Of a DNA stretch of 64,000 bases, positions 14,333 through 28,590 are shown in pieces. A program made the position numbers and the translations under genes. The DNA is from Eledone cirrhosa (Eukaryota). The notes beneath the pieces are model-generated. The model ran no database searches. It was not told where the DNA came from and was given only the letters and a program-made list of their open reading frames with translations. Positions within the stretch are counted from its first letter, which is position 1. Each line of letters begins with the position of its first letter. The stretch covers positions 182,900,001 to 182,964,000 of the forward strand of contig OZ024743.1 of NCBI GenBank assembly GCA_964016885.1, written 5' to 3'.

Positions 14333-15628
14333 ATGGAAGCACGGCCTAGAATCAAAAGGCCTTAAAATTAACCTGGCTAAGACAAAAGTTCTAGTTTGTA
14401 GGAAAGAAAATATGGCGGCAGTCCCATCTGGGAAATGGCCATGCTCAGTGTGTAGGAAAGGCGTAGGTAGAAACTCCATTTTGTGTCCCAAATGCAAAGT
14501 ATGGGTGCATAAAAGATGTAGTGGGATCACAGGTAAGCTAACTACGTAACATAGATTTTATATGTGGCCGGTGCTCTGGTGCAATAAGTAGCAGCAAGTG
14601 CCCACAAAATACTAGCTCTTTCAACTGCGCAGAGAGTTCTATAGAAATAGTGGACAGCTTCCGTTACCTGGGTGACAAAATCAGCAGTGGGGGAGGGTGC
14701 TCTGAAAGTACAGTAGCTAGAGTCAGAACTGGATAGAAAAAGTTCAGAGAGCTTATACCACTATTAGCCGCTAAAGGGTTCTCCCTAAAAATGAAAGGCA
14801 GGTTGTATGATGCCTGCATACGACCAGCAATGTTGCATGGCAGTGAGACCTGGGCATTGTGTGCAGAGGATATACGCAGACTAGAGAGGAACGAAGCTTG
14901 CATTCTCCACTGGATGTGTAATAGTAATATACGTGAACGGCAAAGCATAAACGAACTAAGGAAAAAATTAGAAATAAGAGGGATCAGAGGTTGTTTACTC
15001 GAGAGAAGGCTACGTTGGTATGGTCACGTGATGCGCATGAAAGACGATAGCTGTATAACAAAGTGCTGGGCAATAAAGATAGACGGTAGCCACGGAATAG
15101 GCAGACCCAGAAAAACCTGGGATGAGCTGATAAATTCCGACCTCACACACTTACACCTCTCCAAGAGAATGTCACTGGACCGAGACCTTTGGCGGTACTC
15201 AGTAATAGAGAAGACCTACCTTACCTAAATACAAAGTAAAACCTACGACAGTCAGTAGGCATCTCTAACAAAATACACCCCCCCCCCCCCCCCCCCCCCC
15301 CCCCTCCCCACCCATCCACACCGCCCCTTTCAATGTAAAGTTATGTTGGTGCCACAACATCCAGGCCGAAACAAATTAGATTGTGTAGGTGTCACGACAA
15401 AAAAACACACAGTCCACGCTGTAATGTGGCCGTGTAGGCAACACGGTAAAAACCTCCCAGCCCCACACTGTAAATGTGGTTGGTGTTAGGAAGGGCATCC
15501 AGCTGTAGAAAACCCGCCAGACAGTCCTATGTGAGCAAGACAATCACTCTTGCCTCAAGTGGGAAAACCCCCGTCCAAACCCATGCAAGCGTGGAACACG
15601 GACGTTAAACGTTGATGATGATGATGAT
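14333..15628 (+). mobile_element. RTE-clade LINE family B, 5'-truncated
   Basis: [16 protein letters not shown] finger..[23 protein letters not shown], then 3' UTR and (GAT)n tail. Contains stops and frameshifts. Confidence 0.92.
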
Positions 15629-15742
15629 ATGTATATATATATGTGTATATATAATATATGTATATATATGTATATATATATATGTATATATATATGTGTA
15701 TATATATATATGTATATATATATGTGTATATATATATATGTG

Positions 15743-15775
<33 letters not shown>

Positions 15776-17418
15776 GTGTATATATATATATATGTGTATA
15801 TATATATATGTATATATATATATGTATATATATGTATATGTATGTATGTATATATATATATGTATATATATGTATGTTTATATATATATGTATATATATG
15901 TATATGTATATATATGTATGTATATATATATGTATGTATATATATATGTATATATATGTGTATATATATGTGTATAATATATGTATGTATATATATATGT
16001 ATGTGTATATATGTATGTATATATGTATATGTGTATATATATGTATGTGTATATGTATGTATGTATATATGTATGTATATATATATGTATATACATATAT
16101 ATGAGAGATGACCCCTTAGCCTTTGTCAAGGCAGAATTCTAGGAGAAGGAAAACTCTGATATAACACCTGCAATCCTGATGGTATCCAATGATGTTGACT
16201 TGTTCTTCCTTTTGGTAAATATCATCTTGGTTAAGAGAGTGGGACTGGCTTTGTGCAGTGCCTTTGCTCACTATAAAAGCTTCACGACACAGGCATTGCT
16301 TTATATCTGGAGATCTCTCTGCACTTGTCGTCACATGGTACCATGGGCCCAACACTATGTGTCAATAATTGTCACAGGTGTAGTGTTTGTACCAGAGTTT
16401 TCAAGTCGCTGGCTGGACTAAAAAGTCACACTCGTTCAGCGCATCAGTAGGGGTTCTCCTACATGGATATAAAGTAGTGGCCGTACTCGAAAACGAGTTG
16501 GCAGCCACCATATGTATATGTATGTATATATATATATATGTATGTATATATATATGTATGTATATGTATATATATATGTATGTATATGTATATATATATA
16601 TGTATATATATGTATATATACATATATATGTATATATATTTATATGTATATATATGTATGTATATGTATATATATATGTATATATATGTATATATATATG
16701 TGTGTATATATGTGTATATATATGTATATATATATATATATATATGTGTATATATATGTATATGTATATATATGTATATATATATATGTATATATATATA
16801 TGTGTATATGTGTATATATATGTATATATATGTATATATATATATATGTGTATATGTGTATATGTGTATATATATGTATATATATATATATGTGTATATA
16901 TTTGTATATATATATATATATGTGTATATATATGTATATATATGTGTGTATATATATGTATATATATATGTCTATATATATATATGTATATATATGTATA
17001 TATATATATGTGTATATATATGTGTATATATATGTATATATATATATATATGTGTGTATATATATGTGTATATATATGTATATATATATATATGTGTATA
17101 TATATGTATATATATATATATGTGTATATATATGTATATATATATATATGTGTATATATATGTATATATATATATATATGTGTATATATATGTATATATA
17201 TATATATATGTGTATATATATGTATATATATATATATATGTGTATACATATGTATATATATATGTGTATATATATGTATATATATATGTCTATATATGTA
17301 TATATATATGTGTATATTTATGTATATATATATATATGTGTATATATATATATATAAGTATATATATATGTATATATATATGTGTATATATATGTATATA
17401 TATATGTGTATATAGATG

Positions 17419-17466
<48 letters not shown>

Positions 17467-17467
17467 T
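15629..17467. repeat. (TA)n/(TATG)n tract containing the 16103-16510 insert
   Basis: Directly visible in the sequence. Confidence 0.95.
16103..16510 (+). mobile_element. Non-autonomous bipartite RTE-derived retroposon, 5'-truncated copy
   Basis: Near-identical to 45045-45450. Contains AGGAGAAGGAAAACTCTGA and a C2H2 remnant [22 protein letters not shown] (16379-16450). Ends with a CTCGAAAACGAG stem-loop. Confidence 0.75.
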
Positions 17468-18370
17468 CTTCATCATCATCATCATCGTTTAACGTCCATG
17501 TTCCACGCTTGCATGGGTTTGGACGGGAGTTTTCCCACTTGAGGCAAGAGTGGTTGTCTTGCTCGCATAGGACTGTCTGGCAGGTTTTCTACAGTTGGAT
17601 GCCCTTCCTAACACCAACCACATTTACAGTGTGGGGCTGGGAGGTTTTTACCATGTTGCCTACACGGCCACATTACAGCGTAGACTGTCTGGCGGGTTTT
17701 CTATAGCTGGATGCCCTTCCTAACACCAACCACATCTACAGTGTGGGGCTGGGAGGTTTTTACCGTGTTGCCTACACGGCTACATTTACAGCGTGGACTG
17801 TGTGTTTATTTTTGTCGTGACACCTACACGATCTCATTTGTTTCAGCCTGGAGTTTGTGGCACCAACATAACTTTACATTGAAAGGGGCGGTGTGGATAG
17901 GGTGGGGATGGTGGGACGGGGGTGTATTTTGTTAGAGATGCCTACTGACATGTAAAATCTGTGTTCTTAGTTAACTTACCTGTGATCCCACTACATCTTT
18001 TATGCACCCATACTTTGCATTTGGGACATAAAATGGAGTTTCTACCTACGCCTTTCCTACACACTGAGCATGGCCATTTTCCGGAAGTGACCGGCGCCTT
18101 ATTTTCTTTCCTACAAACTAGAACTTTAGTCTTAGCCAGGTTAATTTTAAGGCCTTTTGATTCTAGGCCGTGCTTCCATGTTTGGAATTTCTTCTCTAGC
18201 TTGGCCATTGATTCAGCTATGAGCGTTAGATCATCTGCGTATAGGAGTTCCCATGGGCAGCCGGTCTTGAACTCCTCTGTTATAGCCTGAAGGGCAATAA
18301 TAAATAGTAGGGGGCTGAGAACAGAGCCCTGATGGACGCCAACTTTTGTGCTAAACTGGATGCCAACTTT
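17468..18370 (-). mobile_element. RTE family B fragment with internal deletion
   Basis: [17 protein letters not shown] (17946-18370) is fused directly to the 3' UTR and (GAT)n tail. Confidence 0.9.
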
Positions 18371-18534
18371 TATATATATATATGTATATATATATAAATA
18401 TACATATATATATATATACATATATATACATATATATATATATACATACATATATATACACATATATATATATATATATGTACGTATATATACATATATA
18501 TATATGTACATATATATACATATATATATATATA

Positions 18535-18650
18535 TGGCGTGTGGCTGAGTGGTTAGAGAACTGGATTCGCAATCGTGAGGTTGTGAGTTCAATTCCTGGA
18601 CCAGGCGATGCGTTATGTCCTTGAGCAAGACACTTTATTTCACGTTGCTC
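18535..18650 (+). mobile_element. tRNA-derived SINE head, 3'-truncated
   Basis: A-box TGGCTGAGTGG, B-box GAGTTCAATTC and central CCTTGAGCAAGACACTT; homologous to the copy at 53993. Confidence 0.85.
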
Positions 18651-19015
18651 ATTCTACCTGGAGTTGCGACCGATAGATATTATTAGCAATTGGAAAGACC
18701 AACGGAAACATTGTTTCTTCGGTCCGATTTGACGAAAGTCGATCGTTCCTACATATATATATATATATGTACATATATATATATATGTATATATATACAT
18801 ATATATATATACATATACATATATATACATATATACATATACATAGATATATATATACATATATACATATACATATATATATATATAAACATATATACAT
18901 ATACATATATATAAACATATATACATATACATATATATATAAATATATATACATATATATACATATATACATATATATATGTATATACATATATACATAT
19001 ATATACATACATATA

Positions 19016-19056
<41 letters not shown>

Positions 19057-19289
19057 ATATATACATACATATATATATATATATATACATACATATACAT
19101 ATATATACACATATATATATACATATATATACACCCATAGGCAGATCTCACACAATGCAGCCTCGACAGATGAATACTGCTTGATTATGGCTGACAGCTG
19201 ATGCAACCAAGACACCATAGGATAAACCAATATATGGAACATTATATTATGTAACATTATCCCATTATTTTAATTTATATTCCTTTGAA

Positions 19290-19410
19290 GTTCCGATGAG
19301 CCACTCTGTTTTTTAGAGATGTTCATTATTTTCAACTGAACCAGATCAATTATGATATATAGTCATCTGATCCAGCAATATTATATGGAGTAGCGAAACA
19401 ACTGTAAATG
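19290..19410 (+). ncRNA. Possible hammerhead with long stem II
   Basis: gtt-CCGATGA (one core change)-GC.ACTC…about 80 nt…GAGT.GC-GAAA-CAACTG-TA-aat. Confidence 0.4.
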
Positions 19411-19744
19411 GACATTATTATTATTAATATTATTATTATTATTATTCTCTACATTCCTTACATCAAACTAAAATATGTTGACAATCTTTTAAAAATGTCT
19501 TCCTTGTGAAGTTTGTGGTCTTGTTTTGCTTAACTAATGAATATTTCCAACTCTGCGCACCTAACTTCTGCATGAACCCAGCCACCTAGCTGCTTTCTAC
19601 TGCATATTGCACATTGAGCACATGCCTTTACGCTTTGGCTTCTAACTAACTCACCAATCTCTCCTCTCATATCTCCTCTACTATCTCCATCTCTCTCTTT
19701 AAGATTGGTTACTCTTGAACTGTGTATATATATATATATGTATA

Positions 19745-19831
<87 letters not shown>

Positions 19832-19846
19832 GTATATATATATATG

Positions 19847-20276
19847 TAAGGAGGAGGTTATAGTTCACTTGAAGCATTGTGTAATGAGGTATAAACGTTA
19901 GAATATGTATAATAAAGCCAAAACAATGCAGGTATGGACATAGAAAAAAGAATGCAATTGTAAAAGATATTGTTGACAATTCGTCTTTTACCTTAGATTT
20001 ATTTTAAACGTCCTTAATTTTCGAGATAATATCTCTTCTTCAGAACAGATACTCTATACTATTTCCTGTCAGCATGGCTTGGCAAGATATTTAGAACGCT
20101 GGTTTGAGACCTTTATTTCCCTCTGAAGAAGAGATATTATCTCGAAAATTAAGGACGTTTAAAATAAATCTAAGGTAAAAGACGAATTGTCAACAATATC
20201 TTTTGCAATTGCATTCTTTTTTCTATGTCCATACCTGCATTGTTTTGGCTTTATTATACATATTCTAACGTTTATA
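19847..20276 (+). mobile_element. Fold-back mini-element with tail and minimal hammerhead
   Basis: 155-bp inverted arms at 19890-20044 and 20122-20276; tail at 19847-19889. CTGAAGAA-GAGAT.ATT.ATCTC-GAAA-ATTA at 20123-20151. Both ends lie in (TA)n. Confidence 0.75.
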
Positions 20277-20382
20277 TATATATGTATATATATGTATATA
20301 TATGTATATATATATGTATGTATGTATGTATATATATATGTATGTATATATATATATGTATGTATGTATATATATATATATG

Positions 20383-20425
<43 letters not shown>

Positions 20426-20446
20426 ATATATATGTATGTATATATA

Positions 20447-22663
20447 GATATTTTACTCAACGCCTACGACAGTAAAGAAGAACAGATAGAGACATTTAAC
20501 GTAGAAGAGAACTGGGAGTTCCTAAAAAATAACTTACTAGAGGCGACGGATGAGGTTTGTGGCTGGAGTAAGACCTCAAGCAGGAGGAGAGTGACTTGGT
20601 GGTGGAACAATAAGGTAGATGAAGCAGTCAAGGCCAAGAGACAGGCATGGAAAGAATGGAAGAACGGGGGGAGCAGGGTACATTACATAGAGACCAAGAG
20701 GGAAGCTAGGCGACAAGTATACTTAGCTAGGAGGGAAGCAGAGGATAGAAAATTCAAGCATGTTTTACAACGTGAGGACCAGAAACAGGAGGTATTCAAA
20801 ATTGCGAGGCAGTGTGTCAGAGATAGTTGTGATGTCATTGGAGAGAAGTGTATCCGGAATGATAAAGGTGAGCTTGCCCTCACAAGTGCTGAGAAGAAAG
20901 ATGCATGGAAGAGTCATTATGATAGATTACTAAATGAGGAGAATGCATGGGAAGAAGAGACCCTACCCCACGTAGACCCTATAGAGGGACCAGCAGTACA
21001 AGTCAGCGGCAGCGTAGTAAGTAAGGCAATCAGAGATATGAAGATAGGGAAGGCAACCGGTCCATCGGGTATAGCTGCCGAGATGCTGAAGGCATCTGGG
21101 TCTGTAGGTCACACTATAACCACACGTATCGTTAACCAGGTAATACTAGAGGGGGCCATACCAAAAGATTGGTGCAGTAGCATCATTGTCAACTGCTACA
21201 AAGGTAAAGGCGATGCACTAGATAGAGGAAACTATAGAGGTATAAAGTTGATGGACCAGGTCATGAAAGTAACAGAAAGAGTTATAGCACAGCTGATTAG
21301 GGACCGGGTGAATATAGACGAGATGCAATTTGGGTTTGTACCAGGGAAAGGCACCACTGATGCGCTCTTCCTTGTGAGGCAATTACAGGAAAAGTACCTA
21401 GCTAAAAGTAAGCCACTCTACTTGGCATTTGTCAACCTTGAGAAAGCCTTTGACAGAGTTCCACGTGCAGTAATCTGGTGGGCTCTTAGAAAACTAGGAG
21501 TAGATGAATGGCTTGTGAAAGCGGTACAAGCCATGTATAGGGGAGCAGTCAGCAAAGTTAGGATTGGCAATGAGTATAGCGAGGAATTTAGCGTACAGGT
21601 TGGGGTCCACCAGGGCTCTGTTCTTAGCCCTCTCCTGTTCATCATAGTCCTGCAGGCAATAACGGAGGAGTTTAAGACCGGATGCCCATGGGAACTCCTG
21701 TATGCTGATGACCTCGCACTCATAGCTGAATCTATGGTAGAACTAGAGAATAAATTCCAAACCTGGAAGCAGGGACTAGAGAGAAAGGGCCTCAAAGTCA
21801 ACATGACAAAGACTAAGGTCCTTATAAGTAGACGAGAAAACAGAACCCAGATCCCCTCAGGGAAATGGCCTTGCTCAGTATGTAGGAAAGGTGTAGGTAG
21901 GAACTCCATTCTTTGCCCCAAATGCAAACAATGGGTACACAAGAGATGTAGCGGGATCTCAGGAAGCTTAATTAAGAATGTAGGATTCACATGCAGCAGC
22001 TGTGCTGAAACAGCAAGCAAACAGCCACAGGAAACAAGTACCACCAATCTCTGGGAGGGCCCTGTAGAAACAGTAGACAGCTTCTGCTACCTAGGTGACC
22101 GAATTAGCAACGGAGGTGGGTGCTCAGAAAGTACAATAACTAGGGTAAGAACGGGATGGAAGAAGTTTAGGGAACTACTACCACTGCTAGCTGCAAAAGG
22201 CTTCTCCCTCAGAATGAAAGGCAGACTGTATGATGCGTGTATCCGAACAGCGATGTTGCATGGTAGTGAGACCTGGGCGCTGAAGGTGGAAGACCTACGT
22301 AGATTAGAGAGAAACGAAGCCTGCATGCTCCGATGGATGTGTAACAGTAATATACGTGAACGACAAAGCATAAATGAATTGAGAGAGAGACTGAGCATAA
22401 GAGGAATCAAATGCTGCGTGCAGGAGAGGCGGTTACGCTGGTATGGACATGTGATGCGTATGAAGGATGACAGCTGCATAAAAAGGTGCAGAGCACTAGA
22501 AGTTGATGGAAACCGCGGAGTGGGGAGACCCAAGATGACTTGGGATGAGGTGATAAAAGCCGACCTTACCCAACTACACCTCTCAAAGTCAATGACACAC
22601 GACCGTGACTTCTGGCGTCACGCAGTAATACAGGGTACCCGACCTCCCATGGGTACATGCTGA
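20447..22663 (+). pseudogene. RTE ORF (RT + PHD finger), lacking the APE domain; first catalytic Asp changed to Asn
   Basis: [23 protein letters not shown] (D in other copies), [14 protein letters not shown] (21701) and C4HC3 finger (21872-22003). The first 74 aa of the 812-aa ORF call are microsatellite. Confidence 0.9.
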
Positions 22664-22965
22664 AGCATATAAACAATATGCCCCCCCCCCACCGCAAGGT
22701 GGTCGTGGAGGTGCCACGGCAAAAAAGCACCCAGCCCACACTGTAAAGTGGACGTGTAGGCGCCACGAAAAAGCACCCAGCACTCACTGTAAATGAGGTT
22801 GGTGTTAGGAAGGGCATCCAGCTGTAGAAATCAAGCCAGATCAGTTCCTGTATGAGCAAGGCATGGTCAGCCGACCAGACACTGCCCACAACAGGACAAC
22901 CCGTCTAACCCATGCTAGCGTGGAAGAACGGACGTAAAACGGTGATGATGATGATGATGATGATG
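20447..22965 (+). mobile_element. RTE-clade LINE family A, 5'-truncated
   Basis: Uninterrupted ORF from the inter-domain region to the stop at 22663, a 3' UTR with internal repeats, and a (GAT)n tail merging into (TA)n. Confidence 0.95.
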
Positions 22966-23297
22966 ATATATGTATGTATATATATATATGTATGTATATA
23001 TGTATGTATATATATATATATGTATGTATATATATATATATATATATGTATGTATATATATATATGTATATATATATGTATGTATATATATATATGATGT
23101 ATATATATATATATGTATGTATATATATATATATATATATATCTATGTATATGTATATATATATATGTATGTATATATATATACATATGTATGTATATAT
23201 ATATATATATACATATGTATGTATATATATATGTATGTATATATATATATGTATGTATATATATATATATATGTATGTATATATATATATATATATG

Positions 23298-23366
<69 letters not shown>

Positions 23367-23683
23367 GTATATATATATATATATATGTATGTATATATAT
23401 ATATGTATGTATATATATATGTATGTATATATATATATATATTTGTATGTATATATATATGTATATATATATATATATATATGTATGTATATATATATAT
23501 TTGTATGTATATATATATATATTTGTATGTATATATATATATTTGTATGTATATATATATATATATATTTGTATGTATATATATGTATGTATATATATAT
23601 ATATATTTGTATGTATATATATATATATTTGTATGTATATATATATGTATGAATATATATATATATATATGTATGTATATATA

Positions 23684-24279
23684 GTTTTGCGAGGTTTTTG
23701 ATATGAAATCGTGTGTCGAAACAAATATTGTTATACTTGGGGAGGGTCATATTTGTGTAATATTGCCAGAATTAATAACAGAACACACTCACTGTTTGGT
23801 TGGTTTTCGCTTTTCGCTTCTGTGTCTTTTATATCGGTAATCTAATTTATTCGGTCCTCAATGTTGCCATTGATTGACCAATGGTAAAAAATACAGATAC
23901 AATATAGACACAAACACATATATATAGTTTATCAAAGTTCTTTCGTTGCACATCTGCAACATCGTCAGTGGTGCTATTGTTTCCTCCCGTTACATTGTAT
24001 TTTCTATGCCATCTTTATTTAGTCTGTTTATATATTTATTTATTTGTTTATTTTATTTTGTCTTCTGCATGCGTTTGCGTGTGTGTATAGAGTTTTGTTT
24101 GATGTGTGTTCGTGATTGGGTGGCTGTGTATTGGTTAATGTATTTTATCTTTACTAGTGTGTGTTTATATGTGTTTGTTGTTATTGTGCTTGTGTATGTA
24201 TTTATTTATGTTCTGTTATGTTCTGTTATTAATTCTGGCAATATTACACAAATATGACCTTCCCCAAGTATAACAATAT
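23684..24279. mobile_element. Fold-back mini-element with about 40-bp tail
   Basis: 61-bp inverted arms at 23725-23785 and 24219-24279, T/G-rich interior, microsatellite flanks. Confidence 0.65.
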
Positions 24280-24453
24280 CTCTCTCTCTCTATATATATA
24301 TATATATGTATCATCATCATCTCATCATCTTCGTTTAACGTCCAGTATGTATATATATATATGTATATATATATGTATGTATATATATATATGTATGTAT
24401 ATATATATATGTATGTATATATATATATATGTATGTATATATATATATGTATG

Positions 24454-24489
<36 letters not shown>

Positions 24490-24490
<1 letters not shown>

Positions 24491-24830
24491 CATTTCATCA
24501 TCATTTCATTTTACGTCCACTTTTTCCCTGCTTGCAAGGGTGGGACGGGAACTGATTCTGGCTTGATTTCTACAGCTGGATGCCCTTCCTAACACCAACC
24601 TCATTTACAGTGAGTGCTGGGTGCTTTTTTGTGGTGGCACCTCCACAACCCTTTGCAGTGGAATGATAGGGACTCCAGTCACTATCATCTCATTTCTACA
24701 GCTGAGTAAACTGGAGCAATGTGAAATAAAGTGTCTTGCTCAAGGAATCAACACATCACCCGGTCTGAGAATTGAACTCACAACCTTTCGATTGCAAGAC
24801 CAATGCTCTAACCACTAAGCCATGTGCCTC
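24490..24830 (-). mobile_element. Full-length tRNA-derived SINE with RTE-A-type 3' tail
   Basis: Reverse-complement homologue of 53993-54337. Confidence 0.9.
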
Positions 24831-24987
24831 ATATATATATATATATGTATATATATATGTGTGTATATATATATATATATGTGTGTATATATGTGTGTAT
24901 ATATATATATATATATGTGTGTATATATGTGTGTATAAATATATATATATGTGTATATATATGTGTGTATATATATATATATGTGTA

Positions 24988-25038
<51 letters not shown>

Positions 25039-25071
25039 ATATATGTGTATATATATATATATGTGTGTGTA

Positions 25072-25102
<31 letters not shown>

Positions 25103-25249
25103 GTGTGTATATATGTGTGTATAAATATGTGTATATATATATATATATATGTGTGTGTGTCTCATTATTACTCTTCATTAAATTGGTAAATCCTGACATA
25201 TTTAAAAAAATAAAAACAAAAACCAAAGTGGTATTTAAAAAAAAATTAA

Positions 25250-27085
25250 TATAACACGCAGCCTATTTGATCTGACCATTGCTTTATTTGCCAACCTCAG
25301 CATATACAGTTACCAAACACTTTCACTTGCTTCGTAATCTCCACCAACAGTGGACAATTACTACTAGCTTCCTAGCAAGAAAACCATCACATAGGGAAGA
25401 GAAAATAAAACTTTTTTTTTAAAGAACAATTATATAAATTTTTTTATTTTTTAATTTTTTTTACAGGTTATATATGAATGTCATTTATATATATATATAT
25501 TTTTTATTATTCGTTTTACTGTATTATATGCCTGTATTAATAACACGTTTTACATCAAACACACATCATTTTCTTTATCACACACCAACATGTTTTTGTC
25601 TGTGGTGTATTCTGGATTCGGTTGGGTCTCTGTGGGTTCACTTTATGACTGGTCAAGGTACGGCGAAAGCTATGAAACACATGATAATCAGCCCACGGTT
25701 ACTTAATCGCTCGACTCACAGAGCACAAACCTCGTCATAGCATAAACCTCGACTCACGGGAAAAGAATCTTACGTATGATAATACATCGAGATTCAACTG
25801 GTCAAGGTTCAACAATAGCTGTTTAACACATGATAATCAGCCCACGGGTACTTAATTGCTCGACTCACTGAGCAGGCAACTCAAAATTGCACACACTCGA
25901 CTCACTGAAGAGAATCTTACGTATGATGATACATCGAGAGAAATAGTCCTCTGTGTTGTCGTGTCGTAATCCGATACCGTAACCCACCCATTCATACACA
26001 ACAGTTCGAAATACATGATCACAACTTTGTATTTTTACAGTTCCTTCTAAATGTTACACACACACATGCATATTCAGTTATACTATATATATTTTTTTTT
26101 CCTCTCTCCAAATTTCTCTACACTCGAAGTGCGGGCACAGTACCCACATTTGTATGTTTTGGGACACGCTTCTAGGAATTGGATTTCGCTGCTCCAGCAT
26201 CAATCTGGGTAGGGAACTAATGTAGCGAAATCTGTCCGCGCCTTGAACTTTGGGTGATACCTAAAGGTTAAATTCTAGGTCAACACCCTTTTTGGTGTAG
26301 ACAGGTTGATTTGTTAGCTGTCCCCTCAAGGTGGGGAGACAGGAAGCGATAGCTATATAAAGCCTATATTTTCCCACTTTACACACAGAGAACATTGGAG
26401 CACTAGTATACACAACAAACTATGTAAAGATTAACCGCTAACTTCAGACCCCAGAGGTCTACAGAAAAGACAGAGATATTGAAGCGCTAGGATACACAAC
26501 TAACTATGTAAAGATTCTCCGCTACCTTCAGGCCCTTGAGGTCTACAGAAACACAGAGACATCGGAGCACCACGACATACAACAAACTATGTAAGGATTC
26601 ACCACTATCAACAGACCCCATGAGGCCTACAGATACACACAGAGAGATTTGAGCCCTACTTTACAGACCATGTACAAGCCACAGTGGTCTACAACTAATT
26701 ATAGACCATTCAGAGATATACAAACCATATTTCTCTCTCTCTTACTAACTACGGTCTCACAACTACTACCACGGACTCCAAATTCCAACAACAACAACAT
26801 TTAATGTCGCCCGCTGTTTTCACACCAACAACAGACTACAACAGCTTCACATCAGCAGCAATAACAACATTAACAACTCTTGGTAACTGTTTTATATGTA
26901 CTTTTTAATTGATTCACGTGAAGTAAACTAGATATAACCAAATCATTTATTCCTTATATTCTCGTTATTACATTTACACCTATTCTTATTATTCTTGTTA
27001 TTTCCTCTAACAACTTTGTTATTATCATATCATTTCAAATAACAACTTCTAACTATTACTTAATTCATTTTAACCCTTCGTTAAA
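25250..27085 (+). mobile_element. Unclassified element, possibly a solo LTR, with internal tandem repeats
   Basis: Two units of about 150 bp (25646-25940), three units of about 88 bp (26380-26650), TATA-like GCTATATAAA (26352). Ends TATAACAC…CGTTAAA are each one mismatch from TGTAAC…GTTACA. Confidence 0.35.
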
Positions 27086-27205
27086 TATATATATATGTGT
27101 GTATATATATGTGTATATATGTATGTATATATATATGTATATGTATATATATATATGTGTGTGTATGTATATATATGTATATATACATATATGTGTGTGT
27201 ATATA

Positions 27206-28113
27206 CAGGGTGCGGACGATATTTGTTCGCAAGATTACTGTCTAGGAAAAGATAACACAGTAGTTTTATTTTTTAAGATATATTTATCAAACTTGGGTCA
27301 GTTTGTCTTCATGACTTGTTCTTTCGATCTCACTCGATAAACCCGCCATTGGCTTTGATGACGGCCTCAAGGTGACCTCAGAACCGGCTACAGGCCTTCG
27401 TCACTGTCCCCCCGACTTAGGCCCCTAAAGGCACTTGTGATCCTGGCCTTCAGATCGTCTTTCGTATTGCAGTTAGATCTGTTGGTGTCTCGTTCCACTG
27501 CGCCCCACACAAAGAAGTCGAGGGGGTTGCAGTCAGGCGAGCTGGGAGGCCAGATGTCAGGTGAAGTGTGGTCGACGAAGTTCTCTGACAGCTAGGCTTG
27601 GGTCTTTCGGCTGGTCTTTTGGCTGGTCTTTCGGCACGGCACTAAGTCTTGCTGCCACACGTATGGCCTACCTGCAGCTACCTGGTCGATCCAGGGCTTT
27701 ACTACCTTGCTCAGAATGCGGATGTTGCCATCGGTGTTCAGCTTGAGGCCCTCAGGGAAGAAGTGAGGTGGCATGACGTCACCTTGACTGCTGACGACAC
27801 CTAAGACCAATGTTGTCACTGGAAATTTTGTCTGCATGACTCTGGGCATGTCCTTGGATGAGACACCATTCTCCTGCTGACGTTGAGAAAGTCTGAAATT
27901 TCCTTATTTGTCCTCCCAGGGCAGATTCCAAGAAGAACTCTGTGTCTCTTCCACAAATTTGGAGGTTCAAAATTATTCATAATCAATTATTCTGAAAATA
28001 AATAATGGAAATATAGTCACTGTTTTTATGAAGACAAGAGTGACAACGGAAGTAAAAAAAATTTGCATAAAATTAGCAGTTGAAAATTGCGAACAAATAA
28101 CGTCCTCACCCTG
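27206..28113 (-). mobile_element. Internally deleted maT (DD37D) Tc1/mariner-superfamily transposon
   Basis: TIRs CAGGGTGCGGACGATATTTGTTCGCAA with TA on both sides. Transposase remnant VMPPHFF..WQQD..WPPSSPDCNPLDFFVW. Confidence 0.9.
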
Positions 28114-28451
28114 TATATAGGTATGTGTATATATGTATATATATATGTGTGTATGTATATATATATGTATATATATGTGAGTGTGTGTATATGTATATAT
28201 ATACATGTGTGTATATATGTATATATATATATGTGTGTATATGTGTATATATATATGTGTGTATATATATATGTGTGTATATGTGTATATATATATACAT
28301 ATGTGTGTGTGTATATATATATATGTGTGTGTATATATATATGTGTGTGTTTATATATGTGTATATATATATATATGTGTACATGTATATATATATGTGT
28401 ATATATATATGTGTATATATATATGTGTATATATATATGTGTATATATAAT

Positions 28452-28590
28452 GTAGGAGGTGAGTTTTATTGTAGCACAATAAAGCAATGCAAATATCAGA
28501 TAAGTAGCACTCCACAGTTTATAGGACTGGAGTATAAATAATATAAGATCAAAAGGGAACTCTTTTAACCATCTTTTGATCTTATATTAT
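28452..28590 (+). mobile_element. Minimal Naiad-derived insertion: full tail + 16-bp inverted end + 35-bp 3' end
   Basis: Tail matches 10093 and 60455. GGAACTCTTTTAACCATCTTTTGATCTTATATT matches the PLE 3' end at 13178-13213. Confidence 0.8.

Noticed and set aside
21418-22533. Antisense ORFs opposite the RTE and CR1 coding regions
   Set aside because: Shadow frames of the retroelement ORFs with no independent motifs.
20225-22663. Intact 812-aa active LINE protein
   Set aside because: The N-terminus is microsatellite and fold-back sequence, the APE domain is missing and the first catalytic Asp is Asn.
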